The notes: generated from the letters alone by a model not told the origin. A stretch of 64,000 nucleotides of DNA from the human T2T-CHM13v2.0 reference genome, Homo sapiens (GCF_009914755.1 NC_060944.1); one strand, 5' to 3'. Shown: positions 34,663 to 51,294, counted from the stretch's first letter. Translations and numbers: made by a program.

Positions 34663-34680
34663 GTATGCATAGCTCATAGA
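34525..34680 (-). other. GSS: Candidate alternative upstream GSS first exon
   Basis: Strong minus-strand donor AAG|GTATGG at 34525/34524 inside the CpG island; 5' end not definable. Confidence 0.5.
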
Positions 34681-35427
34681 GCGTCAGAGCTGACGACGAC
34701 TAGTGGAAGATGGGGAAACTAATGCTCAGAGCGGGACAGTCACTACCTCAGGGGCACACAATTGATAAGGGTGGGGGTGGCCGTGGTAATGGAGGCCCCA
34801 AGGAGGGGCAGGGGCCCATAGTACGTCAGGGGCTGAGCCTGTATTAGAACCCAGGCTTGTTTCCCAGCCCAGCCAAGTCCCAGAAAAATCCCCCTGATTT
34901 TATCTATTTTTTTTTAACCTGGGATACCAGCAGGGAAAGCATTAGAGGCAAAAGGAAAGGATTTTCATTTTTCCAGGAATGCTGAAGTCAGGACTGTTTG
35001 AGGGGAGCCCTGTGTTTCTCAGACTCTCTTGTACCGTTTACATCAGGATCTGGGGCAGTTTTTAAAAATATGCGGATTCATGATTCCTACCCCCCACCTC
35101 ATTGCTTGGCAGCCCCCAGGTGCCTTCCCTGTTTCTTCCTTCTGGGTTGTGATAGGCTTGTCTGCAGTCCGAAGCACCTGATACGAATTTTAGTTAAATG
35201 GAATGTATCAGTCCAGCTTCTAGGGAATTAACCATAAATAAGACACAGCCACTGCTTTCAGTCTGATAAGATAGGCAATAAACTGCCTTTCTGAAGGAAT
35301 CAGGGATGGTTTTTGGGGTCTTGAAGGATGGATAGGAAGGTATAGGTAGTGAAGGAGGTAGGGGTAGAGGTGAGAGGCTGGGATGGGGACAGTGTTCCAA
35401 ATTGCAGGAACAAAAGCAGCAAAGGCT

Positions 35428-35722
35428 GGCTGGGTGCAGTGGCTCAGACCTGTAATCCCAGCACTTTGAGAGGCCGAGGCAGGTGGATTACTTGAGCTCA
35501 GGAGTTGGAGACCAGGCTGGGCAACATGGCGAAACCCCGTCTCTACTAGAAATACAAGAATTAGCCGGGTGTGTTGGCCCGTGCCTGTAATCCCAGCTAC
35601 TCGGGAGGCTGCGGCGTGAGAATTCTTGAGCCCCGGAGACGGAGGCTGCTGTGAGCTGAGATCACGCTGCAGCACTCCTGCCTGGGTGACAGCGTGAGAC
35701 CCTGTCCTAAAAACAAAACAAA
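35428..35722 (+). mobile_element. Alu (older, AluJ-like)
   Basis: Alu consensus. Confidence 0.9.
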
Positions 35723-36136
35723 CGAGCAGCGAAGGCATATAATTCTGAGGGTTGCTCGGCTTGTTTTACAGACACTGAGGAGTTTGGTGTGGATAATGAG
35801 GAAGGGCCTGAGGGTTGCAACAGGACTTAGGCGCTTAGGCTTGGAGAGGTAGCCTCAGACGCCAGTTCCACTGAGCAACAGGAGCTAAGGGCTTTAAGCA
35901 GGGGAAGGACATGGTTAGTTTTGTGTGTTAGGCACTGGTTACAGCGTGACAAATGGTTTGGAAGTGGGGAGATGGGCCAGAGAAAGCAGAGAGAGTTAAG
36001 ATGTGAGATCATGAGGCTGTAGCCAGTGCAGCAGCTGTGGAGATGGAGCGAAGCGAACAGATCAAAGAAATTTAGGAGTGAGAACTCCTAGTGATCGTAA
36101 ATCAGTGGCCCAACCCAGGGACCAAGATCCTTTTGA

Positions 36137-36457
<321 letters not shown>

Positions 36458-36752
36458 TAAATAAACCATGTACATTATCTGACTACAGGACAGGCTGAGT
36501 CCTCCAGTCTCCCGTGTGTGGTCACGGGATGGGGGGAGATGGTGGCAGATAGGTGTCTGGTTATTCCCAGAACAATGTTTCCTGATGTCCTTTCCTCGTT
36601 GGCTTTTGTACCTGAGGGGATAAGCAGCTGTTAACTAGAATAGGCCCCAGGTGGCAGGAAGAGGCTCCTGGGTCAACCAGGAACAAAAGAAGCTATTTCT
36701 AGTGCAGCATGAAATTAAAAATCAAAAGCATGACCCAGGGTTCTCTGTGCAG

Positions 36753-36867
36753 GTTCCCCTCTTCCAAGACGGGTGCCAAGTGATGAGTATCAGGTGTCTA
36801 TGGTGAGATTTGGGGAGGATCCCAGACCTTAACAGCCCTTTGGTTGAAACCTCTCACAATGTGGCAG
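36753..36867 (+). other. MYH7B: Candidate MYH7B non-coding exon 2
   Basis: TTCTCTGTGCAG acceptor and strong CAG|GTAAGA donor, 115 nt of unique sequence. Confidence 0.55.
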
Positions 36868-37054
36868 GTAAGATGTCTTTATTCCCATTTTGTAGATGTG
36901 GCAGCTGAGCCTCAGAAGTTACGTGACTTGTTCAAGGTGACCCAGTTTGTGGTAGGACTGGGAGTGAAGGACTCTTGACTAAGAATCTTTCCAGGGAGCG
37001 TTTGCCCTTTCTGCACTCTCTGCCTGGGTGCTTTCCTCCAAAATCCTGGCATGA

Positions 37055-37418
<364 letters not shown>

Positions 37419-38036
37419 TTGTATTTTCTTCATAGCAGTTATTCATATCTGAAATTGTTGCTTTTATTTGTTTGCTGTTTCCCTCTGCTAGAATGTGAGC
37501 CCCATGAAAATGGGCCATGTCTGTCTTGTTCACCACTTTACCCCCAGGACCTGACTGGTGCCTGCCACGTGGCAGATGCTCAATAATATTTGCTAACTGA
37601 TGGAAATAGTTTGGGGAGAGAGAAAGAGAAGGAAACCAACATTTAATGAAAGCTGAGGATGTTTCAAGTACTTCTCACAAATTACCTCATTTAATCCCTT
37701 CACAGCCTTTCAAGGTAGAAATCGTATCTCCATTGGGTGAATAAGAAACCATGCTAAGTCAGGTCAAGTCTGTGGTTTGTTACTTTTGAGGCTATAGACT
37801 CGTCTGAGATCCATTAGTATAAAATTTTGCATCAGCTACGTGGAGGAATTCACAGACCTTCTCAGGCTCACTTGGGGATCTCAGATCAAGACACATAGGA
37901 TTGGGGAACTTGCCCAGGGTCTTTTTGGCCCCAGGCCTTTGCTGGATCCTCACTCCCTGGCAAGGATGGAGTCCATGTAGTGGACTGTAGGGAACCTGCT
38001 GAAGATTCCGGAGCAGAGGGAGATGATTTGCCCTGA

Positions 38037-38430
<394 letters not shown>

Positions 38431-38886
38431 TTTCCTCACTTTCAAAGTGAAATCTGTTTTTTCCTAACAATAACTACCCTTTATTGATCTGGTCGCTAAG
38501 TGTCAGGTACTTGGCTAATGACTTTACAGTCGTTATCTCACTTTCCCTTACCTCCCTATCACATCAGTATCTTTATAGCCTCCATTTTACAGCCGGGGAA
38601 AGGAAGGCTTGAAGAGGTATCCTGACTTGCCAAAGATCACAGCAGCAGTGTCAGCCATGGTGTTCCCACATATGTACCTTGGGACATGCCATGGGCTCAG
38701 ACTTCCCAAAGCTAACTGTTGAATCAATTTCATCCTCTGTTCTTGGGGTTTGTGGGAACATTTGGGTCTGAATTAGGTGAAAAAAGGTATGCAGGGATGT
38801 ACTTCACTGTGAATGGAGGCCAATCCCTTAATTTTGTGTCTTGCCTTTCTCCCTGCGAGGGCCTCTCTCCAAGTCTGGACTGTGGG

Positions 38887-39189
<303 letters not shown>

Positions 39190-40604
39190 ACTGGACTGTG
39201 CCTTTTGATTGGAACATCTCTGTCAGCCCCAGGGTCTGCATCACACATGGTCTGCATCTGTGCACATGGCTACTGTCTCTTTTTAGCAGTGATATCACCC
39301 TGCCTCATACTGTTGTTTATGAGGCCATCTCCCCACCTGGCTGGGGGCCACTGCTTTGGCCATTCAGAGTGGAATTCCTCTGTCTTCCAGCCCCTAGCAC
39401 AGGCCTGGGCCAGCATTGCTGCTCAGGAAATGCCTGTGGAATCAAAGTGAGGACTGTCCCAGGTGTTGAGGATTTACTGTATGCTAGGCCTGTCCCTGAC
39501 ACTTTATATGTGTTATCTCATTTACACCCCCACAGTCATCCTGGGAGGGAGAAGTTACTCTGCCTATTTTACCGAGAAGAAACAGACTAATTGAAGTTGG
39601 GCTTTGCCTTAGGCCCTCTTGTGGTGGTTGATGGCACGAGGGCCAACTCTAGGGTCTGTGCCCTGGTCGTGTTTGAGGTGTGTGGGCTGAAAAAGGGAAG
39701 ACACACTTCAAGGCTCCAGGGATCCTCAGAGACCTTCTACTAACAGGTTCCCAGTCCGGCTCTCATTTCATCCGTGAGGACACAGAAGGTTAGAAAGGGG
39801 AGATAACTTACTTATAGACCCTCTTCTCCACTTGTTATATACTTATGTATCCACTTACTTTTTGGCAGGATGGATCTGTTTTGACTCAACATTGTACCAC
39901 CCATGTAGCCCAGTGCCTAATCCAGGTTGATGCCCAGTAAATACTTTTACATTTTATTTATTATGAAACCACTGAGAAAGGTATAAAAATTAACAGAACA
40001 AATACCTGTGTACCTACCATCCAGCTTGCAAAATAAAACACTGCTAATATAAAGACCTTTTTGTTTCCCTCCATGACTGACCCCCCAACCCAAGAAGTAA
40101 AGACTCTCCTGATTTGGTGTTTATTATTCCTATGCAATGTTTATTGAGATATAATTCATGCACCATAAAACTCCCCCTTTAAAGTGTGCAATTCAGTGGT
40201 TCTTGGTATATTTACAAGATTGTACAACCATTACCACTGTCTCATTCCAGAATATTTTCATCACCACAGAAAGAAACCTCATCCCTATTAGTAGATACTC
40301 CACAATTCTCCTTCTCCCCAGCCCCTGGCAACCAGTAATTTACTTTCTTTGTCTATGGATTTGCCTTTTCTGAATATTTCCTGTAGGTGGAATCCTACAA
40401 TCTGTGGCCTTTTGTAACTAGCATCTTTCACTTAGCATAATGTTTGCAAGGTTCATCCATGTTGTAGCATGGATCAGAACTTTATTCCTTCATATGGCTG
40501 AATAGTCTTTCATTGTACAGATATATCACACTCTGTTCCTCCACTCATCAGTTGATAGGCATCTGGGTTGTTTCCACTTTTTGCCATTAAGAATAATGCT
40601 GCTA

Positions 40605-40889
<285 letters not shown>

Positions 40890-41079
40890 TTATAATAATG
40901 CTGCTATGAACATTCATGTACAGGTTTTTGTGTGAATGTTTTCTGTTCTCGTGGGTAGATACCTAGGAGTGGAATTGCCGGGTAATATGGTAAGTATATG
41001 TTTAACTTTTTGAGGAACTGCTGTTTTCCAAAGTGGCAGCAATTGTATCAGAGCTCCAATTTTTACATCCTCACCAATA

Positions 41080-41927
41080 CAGTTATCCCTCTGTATCTGT
41101 GGGGAATTGGTTCCAGGACCTCCCATGGATACCAACATCCAAGGATACTTAAGTCCCTTATATAAAATGATGCAGTGTTTCATATATGCTTAAGTCCCTT
41201 ATATAAAATGGTGTAGTGTTTCATATAAACTATATGCATCCTCTCATATGCTCTTTAATTTTGTTTTATTTTATTTTAAATTTAAATTTATTTTTATTTA
41301 TTTTGAGACAAGGTCTCACTCTGTCAGGCTGGAGAGCAGTGGTGCGATCATAGCTCACTGCAGCCTTGAACTCCTCGGTTCAAGGGATCCTCCTGTCTCA
41401 GCTTCCCAAGTAGCTGAGACTACAAGCGAGAGCCACCACACTGTCCTTTCCATGTACTTTAAGTCATCTCGGCCGGGTGCAGTGGCTCACGCCTGTCATC
41501 CCAGAACCTCAGGAGACCAAGGCTGGCAGATCACCTGAGGTCAGGAGTTCGAGACCAGCCTGGCCAACATGGCGAAAACCCATCTCTACTAAAAATACAA
41601 AAATTAGCTGGGCGTGGTGGCGCACACCTGTAGTCCCAGCTATTCAGGGAGGCTGAGGCAGAGAATCGCTTGAACCCCAGAGGCAGAGGTTACAGTGAGC
41701 TGAGATCGCGACACTGCACTCCAGCCTGGGTGACAGAGCGAGACTCCGTCTCAAAAAAAGAAGTCATAAATGCTATATAAATTGTTATACTGTATTGTTT
41801 AGGGAATAATGACAAGGAAAAAAGTCTGTACATGCTCAGTACAGTTGAAACATTGTTTTCAAATATTTTCAAGCTGCAGTTGGTTGAATACACAGATGTG
41901 GAACCCATGGATATGGAGGTCCCACTG
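41080..41927 (+). mobile_element. MER2-type DNA transposon containing two Alu insertions (~41290-41440 -, 41471-41760 +)
   Basis: CAGTTATCCCTCTGTATCTGTGGGG..CCCATGGATATGGAGGTCCCACTG termini with TA duplication. Confidence 0.8.
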
Positions 41928-43176
41928 TACTTGTCTGATTGTGGCCATCCTGGTTGGTCATTGTGGTTTTGATTTGCATTTTCCTAATGACAAATAATGC
42001 GCATATCTTTTCATGTGCTTATTGGTAGTTTGTATATCTTCTTTGGAGAAGGGTCTATTTAAATGTTTTCCTTATTTGTAAGTTATTTGTCCTTTTATTA
42101 TTGGGTTGTAGGAATTCTTTATATATTCAGGATAGTAGATCCTTCCTTATATGTGATTTGCCAATAATTTGTCCCATTCTGTGGATGGTCTTTTCTGTTT
42201 TTCGATAGTATCTTTTGAAGCACATATTTTAAAATTTTGACGAAGTCCAATTTATTTATTTTTTCCTTTGCTTGTGCTTTGAATGTCATATCTACGAAAC
42301 CATTGCCTAATTCGAAGGTCACAAAGATTTACACTTACTTTTTCTAAGAGTTTTATAGTTTTGGCTCTTAAATTTAAGTCTTTGATTCATTTTGAGTTAA
42401 TTTTTATATAGGATGTGAGGTAGGTCTTATGCATTTTTACCCTCCTATTAGGTGTATTTCTAAGCAATATATGACACTTTTTCATGGTATTTGCACTTTT
42501 AAGTGGTAAATTATATGATTCTTGTGCAGCTTGCTTTTCTCTTTCAGTGTTATATCAGGAGATTTATCCATGTTTTAAGGGGAAATAGTTCATTCATTTT
42601 CACTGCTCTATAGGTTTCATTGCATAAAAATACCAAAGTGGCAGCAATTGTATGAGAGTTTTGTTTATTCTCCTGTGAATGGTCACTTGGGTTCTCTAGT
42701 ATTTTATTACTATATATGGTAAAAAGACTAATAGATGCCTCCTGTGCAGTGTGTTGAAGGTCGTGAGCATATTCAGACTTACAAGGTAATACAAAGTTTC
42801 TTTCCCAAATGGTTTTGCAAATGTGCACTCCTGCCAGCAGTGTATTAGAATTGCCCTCATTCTGCATCCTCACCGAGACAGAATGGTCAAGGTTTCTAGC
42901 TTTTGTCAGTCTAGTGATGTGAAACGGTGTCTCGTTGTGATTTTCCAGATTAATAGCAAGATTTGTTTTTCAGTAAGTGTTTACATGGTTGGATGGATGA
43001 ATGCATGAAAGCAGAAGGGGCCCAGAATAACCCTTTACTCTGCCTGTTGTTGGAGGATGGCAGGGCTCTGGGCCTAGACTATGTGGCTCTCTGTAGGGAC
43101 ACCGTGGAGCTAGAGAATGTTGGGGGCAGGCTGACAACTCTAGATGTGGGAGAGGACGGTTGTCACCTTGAAACTA

Positions 43177-43461
<285 letters not shown>

Positions 43462-44869
43462 TCACAGTGGCCTAAGTGACCCTTAGGAATGACCCTTTTT
43501 CTGGGACTTTTTCATGATCTTTATATTGGTGTGACATGAACTTTCCTTGTTTAATCTACTGAGTTTGGAGATGGTCTTAATGATAATAAGAAAATGAATA
43601 GTAATGATTATATGTTGAACTCTTATGTGCCAGGCACTTACGCCTTTTCTTTTTAAAAATAGGTATTATCTCATTCAATTCCTATGGGACAGGTACTATT
43701 AGTATTCCCATTTTATTTTATTTTTAAAATAGGGATGAGTCTCACTGTGTTGTCTAGGCTAGTCTCAAACTCCTGGCCTCAAGTGACCCTCTTGCCTTGG
43801 CCTCCCAAAGTACTGGGATTACAGGCATGAGCCACCGCACCTGGCTCATTCCTGTTTTATAGATGAGGAATCAGAAGATCAAAGAGACAGAGCAACTCTG
43901 AGGGTTTGCACATAGGCAGTTGGACTCCAGAACTCTTAGGCATCATGCTGTGTGGTTAACCTGGCTCAGCCGAATCCACTAGAGCAAAGAAAAGAGAGGC
44001 TTGCCCAGGCTTGGGTGAGAAACAGGAGTCAGAATATTCACTGGGCCTGGCCTGAGGGCGCAGCAGGGAGCAGAGCGAGAGGCCGCTGGGAAAGATGGTT
44101 CTCAAAAGCAGAAGCCTCACGCCAGGGGACATGGCCCATCAGCAAGCACATGGGTGCCTCTTCTGGGCATGCTGGCTGCTGGGGACCCAGAATGGGATCT
44201 GTCTGCTCCTGGGTCTCAAGAAAGACCTGTCTTGTGGGGTAGACAGATGATAATAAGCAGACTTACCCATAAGTGTAATACACTCAGAAATGGGGACATG
44301 TGATACAGAGGGTGAAGAGAGAACCTTTATAGAAAGGACCTAGTTTAGTTAATGTAGTCAAAGGAAGCCCCTTTGAGGAGGTGACATTTGAGTGGAGGCT
44401 CGAGAAGAAGGAAGCAGCCATGCCCCAGTTTGGGGAAAGAGTAAATGGCAGATGCAGAGTCCCTGAGACAGAAAGGAGCTGGTTTAGTTGTAAACTCTCA
44501 GAAGGCCACTGTATCTGGAGTGATATGAATGAGAGGGTGGGGCTACTGTAGATGGGCTGGTCAGTTGGCAGGGCCAGGTCAGGCTGGGTCTCCAGGCCAG
44601 GGTCAACATATAGGTCTATAGCCAACATGTTTAAATAAGGCCCATAAGACTGTCTTCTTGCTGTCCCTGAGAACTGGGTGTTTGCATATTTGGAAGGGAC
44701 TGAATCCTGATGCCTAGGCTGGGAAAGAGGGTCGGGGGGTGGGGAGAATTCTTGGCTTCTGGCCCTAGAAAGCTGGAACAAGAATTTGGAGGCTGCATCC
44801 CACTGACTCCCAGATGGGTTGGAGGGTGGGTGGCCTCAGCCACCAGGGCCCTGTGATAAGGTGGCACCA

Positions 44870-45425
44870 CATACTGATAGCTGTCCAGATATCCTTCCAC
44901 AGGTGAACGGTTCATCAAACTGTGGCGCATCCATACATACCATGAGTACCACTCAGCAATAAAGACACAAACATGAAATGAGCAACACCTTGGAAGAATC
45001 TCCAGGGACTTATGTGGAGTGAAAAAAGCCAGTCTCAAAAGAGTACATCCTATATGATTTCATTTATGTAACATTTTGGAATGACAGTTTTAGAAACAGA
45101 GGACAGACTGGTGGTTGCCAGGGGTTAAAGATGGGAGGGAAGTTAGTGTGGTTCTATAAGGGCAACACCTTTTTATTGTTAGAACTGTTCAGTGTCTTGG
45201 TGGCAGTGGAAGATCTGTGAATTGACACGGGTGATGAAGTCGTATAGAACTTAATACATGCAGATGTGCGTGCACACACACGCTCACAACTAGTACATGT
45301 AAAACTGGGAAAATCTGAATAAGATCGGTACATTATATCAATGTCAATAGTACAGAGTTACTGTACTATTGCTTACAATTGCATGCGAATATACAATTAT
45401 CTCAATAGAAATTTTAATTAAGAAA
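44870..45425 (+). mobile_element. L1MC-like 3' fragment
   Basis: GTGAAAAAAGCCAGTCTCAAAAG..TATATGATTTCATTTAT..GTGGTTGCCAGGGGTTA. Confidence 0.7.
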
Positions 45426-45603
45426 TGAAATTTGGCTAGGCATGGTGAGGCACGCCTATAGTCCCAGCTACTTGGGAGGCTGAGGCAGGGGGATTGCTTG
45501 AGCCAGGAGTTCAAGGCTGCAGTGAGCTATGATTATGCCACTGTACTCGAACATGGGTAACAGTGATACCTTGTCTTTAAAAATTTTTTTTTTAAAAAAG
45601 GGA

Positions 45604-45893
<290 letters not shown>

Positions 45894-48175
45894 TAGGAAA
45901 TTTAAGGCCCAAAGCATTAGATAGAATGATAGAGATATTTGTACTAATAAAATTTTCAGCCCATGGAAAAAAAATCTGAAGGCTCTGCTCAAGGAGGTCT
46001 CTTGTCCTTGAGTTAGCAAAGTCACAGGGAGGTAGGCAGTGTGCCCCCAGCTGTGGGAGCAAGCAGGGTCACCCTCAGGACACTCAATATAGAGCGGTGG
46101 TACCCTCAGACCCTCTGGGTAGGTTTCCCAGCTTAGCCTTTTGGGCCTCCCTCTGCCCCTCACCCCTCAAGCTGATTGACCACGATCACAAGGGTAGAGC
46201 AGAGCTACAGCACCCCCCGCCCTCCACTGCTGCTTGGTCTTTCATGGAGAACAGACATTCTCCTGCTCCCCACTCCACCAGGTTAGGTAAGGACCCTTCC
46301 TGGGGAGGCCCCTGTGTCAACTGTGCTTAACCGTCTGTGCCTGTGTGTCCCCCAGCAGCCTAAGACTCCTGAACCTTCAGAACAAACCTGATGCCAATTC
46401 CAACCTGGAGGGCACGGGAGAGTGTTTGTTTGAAGCACTGAACTACATGGGAAACTGACCAAGCCTGGGGCAAGCCCATCCTGAGACCCCAGGCAGGGCC
46501 TCAGCTTTGGTCCAGGATTTGTGGGGTGGTTTTACAAGATCCTGGGATTTCACATGTGGGCCCCACTAAGACCTCTCTTCCAGAATGTTGGCTGCATTGG
46601 GCACTGTCTCAAATTCCACCTACAGAGTGGCAGACCCAAGGCTTCCCGCCATAGTACCCCAACACCCACAGAGCCACAGCTGCATCCTCAAATTAATTGA
46701 CATCTTCCCATGGGCTGAGCACTTTGTTTCATTTATTTCTCTCAACCACATTACAAGGTAGGTCTTCTTTGTGTATTTATTTTGCAGAGAAGGAACCCAG
46801 GGCTCAGAGAAGTTACGTAACTTGCCCAGGGTCACTCAGCTTGTAAATGGCAGAGCAAGGATTTGAAAAGGCAGTCCTGACATGTGGCAGGCCTGAACGA
46901 GTCCCTGCAGATGCAAAGCTGAAGGAGAAACATTGCCTGCTCTTAAGGAGCTAATGATAATATCACCAGATATTTACATAGTGCTTATGATGGGTCAGGC
47001 ACAGGCTAGGCTCTCTGCATGTGTTATTTCATTGAATCCACACCACAACCCAGTGGAATAAGGTTATGCCTGTTTTATGATGGAAATTGAAGCTCCGTGA
47101 GGAAGAGGGACCTATTCAAGGTCACATAGTGAGTTGGAAAGTCTGACCTCCTCTTGTTGGCTTCTTCCATCCTCCAGGCTGGCCTCCCAGGCCCCTCCCT
47201 GCTCGTGGTCTGTACACCCCTTCTCCCTTACACTCGGCTAAGCCTTGTCCATGGCCCCTGCCCCTTTCATGTCTATTCTTAGCATAGTTTGGAGCCTGCG
47301 GTTGGGCCACATTATCTGGATGGTGACCCCTGGGGGTACATCTTCTACCCCAGTGTGTCCTTTAGCCCTTCCTGTCTCTTCCAGCTGTGCAGCAAGGGGC
47401 GTGTTAGAGGGGCCCACTACCCAGGCCCTTACACTGCGGCAGCCTACCTAAGTATGCACAGCGCACGTAGCGTAGAGGATGGAGCCCGCAGGACACCCTT
47501 AATGCCCTTACCTGGCAGGGAGGCCAGCACACAAGGGGCTGGGGGCGGGACTGGGCTTCTTGGGGTTGAGTGGTTCTGGAAGCCGATATGAGCAGCAGCA
47601 ACTGCTGGCATTATCTAGGCTCTAAGAATAGCTTGGGATGAAGAGTCAGAGGTTGAGGCCAGGGAAGAGGACAGGAGCCTGTTCCTACTGCCCCCTCCTG
47701 CTGCTTGGCCTGGAAGCTGGGAAGCCTGCCTCCTGGCTCACCATTTGCTCTGGGATGGTTTTGCATAGACACATCTTGTCCACCACTGGACTGGAGGAAA
47801 GAGGGTACCCCTGGGACTCAGACCTAGGCTGCTTGACCTCAGGCTGAAGGCAGTGGGCCCACTCTCTGAGGACCAGCCCTCACCCAGGCCCCTCACCACT
47901 GGCACAGAGTAGGGGTTTGTATTTTTCAAGGATCATGCTGGAAGTGACCCTTATTCATTTAGCAAACACTTTAAAAATAGGTTATACATACACGATTTAA
48001 AGTTCAAAGGGTTTACAAGGGAAAAAAAATCACTCTGCCTCCCTTCCCTGGCCCCCAGCTACCAAACACTGTTACCAGCTTTCTTGGGTGACTTCCAAAG
48101 GCAGTCCATCCATAGATAAGCACACAGATGCACAAATGTCTCTCTCCCCCGATTTTTACGCAGGAGATGGCATAG

Positions 48176-48499
<324 letters not shown>

Positions 48500-51294
48500 A
48501 CAACTTTTTTTTTTTTGTAACCTAATGATCTATCTTGGAAATAACAGCAATGACATATTGAGTCTCCACTAGTGTCAGGTACTATTCTAAGCATTTTAGA
48601 TGGTTTAACTCATATAATGCTCATCACAGCACTAGGAGGTAGGTCCTGTTTGTGAATCTCCACCATTAAGAGGTTTAGTCATTCTCCAAGACTTCGTGCC
48701 TGGTAACTGGCAGAGCCAGGACTAAAACCCAGGCAGCCTCACTTTAGATGAGGTGCTCCTTCCTCACTGCTCTGTGCTGCCTCCCAAGCTTGAGACATGT
48801 TGAGACTCACATCATGCCCTCCCTCTTCCTAAGGGCCAAGGTAAGCCATGTACGGTGAACACTTACCACGTACCAGGCTGAGGCTGGGCTACTGCAGTGT
48901 AAGGGAGACCAGGCCTCTGTCCTCATGGAACTGTCATCCCAGTGCCCATGAGTGTCTGCCAGCCAAGGCAGGAGGAGGGAAACCCACTTGTCTCATACCC
49001 ATGTGCCCTTGTATAGGTCTGCTGTTCAGACACACCCTGGTCCCATGTCCACTAGTCCTGTAGTCACACCGCCTCTGAGCTGGAAGGCCTTAGAGCCCAG
49101 AGTTACAGATGGGAACATAGGGGCCCAAACAGAGGTGGACACGAGAGATCATCAGGTGGCCCTGGTGAGACTCATCCCCTGCCTCCCGGGATCTATTTCA
49201 GCAGGGTGGGTGGGGGGTGACTTTAATCCAGGGCCCAACCATTGTTTGAAGTTGGAAACAATTGAAGGACAAGGGAGCTATAGATAGATCCACAGCTGCT
49301 GTCACTTGTCCCAGCCTGGGCACTGGGCCTGAGCATTGTCTACAGAGGGGCACTCTAAGCAGTGAGGCCCACTCCTGGGGGTAGGAGGTTGGCCCAGCCC
49401 AGCTCAGCTCAGCTCGGCTCTAGAGATAAAGAGTCAGAGGCCAAGACAGAAATACAGAGTCTTGGAAGGCAGAGAGTGGGACAGGACAACATCGAAAGAA
49501 CAAGACCCTTGAGAGATACGATGGACTCCCATCAAATATCGACAATACTCAGACTGGCTGGGGGTGGGAGGGCAGACGCAGGGCCTGAGCCACAGGTTGA
49601 ACTCAAGGATGCGGCATGTCAGAGACCTGGACCAGAGTGGGTGCTGGGGTCTGGAGCACCTCAGCCCAGCTCAGGTCTTTCTGTCCATCCCTCCAGAACA
49701 GCTGTTCATGTTAATCACTCTTGGGGGCAGCCAGTCTGAGGTACCCTTGTGTGTGCTCGGGGAGGCCTCAAGGTCTTCCGAAGTGAGAGGTTGTGCTGTC
49801 AGGCCTGGTCATGGCTTGAATTCACTGTATGACATCAAGCAAGGACCTGCCTCTCTCTTTGCGGCTCAGTTTCCCCAGCTGTCCAATGAGAGAGCTGGTT
49901 GGCATGATGGCTGAAGGGCCCCTTCATCCTCCAATGATGTCAGGAGATTTCCTTTTATGTGTCTAACTCCCTCCTCTTGCTGTGGCTGAGGTCGCAGTCC
50001 CCTCCTTTCTTTGTCCTTTGTGAAGATGGGGGACAGCTGGTTCCCCACCCCCTCCCCCCAGTAACCTTTCAGCCATAAATCCATGCTGAGGCATCTCTCC
50101 TCTGGATAAACAGCCCTGATGCCTTTTGGCTGCCCTCGTCCTATTTTTTGCTTCAAGCCTCAGAGCTGGGGCCCACTTGGGCCCTCTGCAGCTGCCCAGG
50201 GCCCCAGGAGGGGTACAAACCTGGGACAAGCAGGGGCCCAACCACCCCCAGTGTGCCAGGGTCGTGGGCCCCTTTCTGGGCCTCACCACCTTGCACTGGG
50301 ACCATTATGGCAGCCTCCTCCTGAGTCCTTCTTCCTGCCACCGGCCTCACCCCTTCAGTGCATCCTCCACACCAGCTGCCACAGGGAGCTTAGGAACACA
50401 TAAATCTGACCACACTGTCAAATTCCGTCGCTCAGAGCTCTTTGATGCAAAAAATAAATAAATAAAAATGCCTTTGATGGCGCCCCAACTCCTGCAGGAT
50501 AAAGCTCCAGATCTGAATCTGGCCTTTGAAGCCCTTCACAGTCCAGCCCACTACCCAGTCCTGCCCCACTCCCCTTTATGCCCCTGGTGGCCCAGCTGCA
50601 GCTGGTGGGGCTGCTTGGGCCCATCTTCACCCCCTACCCTGCCTTGGAGTTCTAGGTCATGCTGTCCATTTCCTGTCCCCTCTTGCCACCTCCATGCCAG
50701 ACCCATCCGCTCTCACCCGGGTGACAGCAGCAGCTCGCCCCGCTGCCTCCCCTGCCCCTTCCAAGCCGTTCAAGTGGTCACTATGAAACTTCAGCTCACT
50801 CACATTTCTGCTCTCACAGGCTCCCTTTGCACTTGCAATACAACCCTGGGTCCCTTCCAAGTCCTTCAAGGCTCTGAATGATCTGCCTGTCCACCCTCAC
50901 CTTGGAAAACTCTCCCCTTGTTGACCACTAGGACGGCACCTTAAACATCCCAAGCTGTTTTCTGCCTCATGGCTATTGTATTTGCTGTTCCTTCTGCTTG
51001 GAATACTGTTCCAAGGGCTTCCCGCCTCACCGGCTTCTTGGCACTCTCTGGTCTCACCTTCAGTATCGCCTCTTCAGAGAGGCCCTCCCTCACCCACCAG
51101 AACGAAGTACACGTACCCCATTACCCTCCAGGCCATACTTCTTGTTTCATGCTTACCACTTGCCACAATCTTTAATTACCTTAAAAATGTGTTTGCTTGT
51201 TTATTTTTTGCTTCTCCAGGGGAGTGTCAGCTCTATGAGGGAAGGAACCTTGTTGCCATACCCCTCTTCCTGGCAGTCTGGGTGTCACACTTGT

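Larger units (their letters stand above)
33730..34710. promoter_or_regulatory. CpG island / bidirectional GSS-MYH7B promoter
   Basis: Dense CpG; GC box GGGGCGGGGC 34441-34450; NRF1-like TGCGCTTGCGC 34466-34476; ETS-like TTCCGGAAG 33765-33773; no TATA box. Confidence 0.85.
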
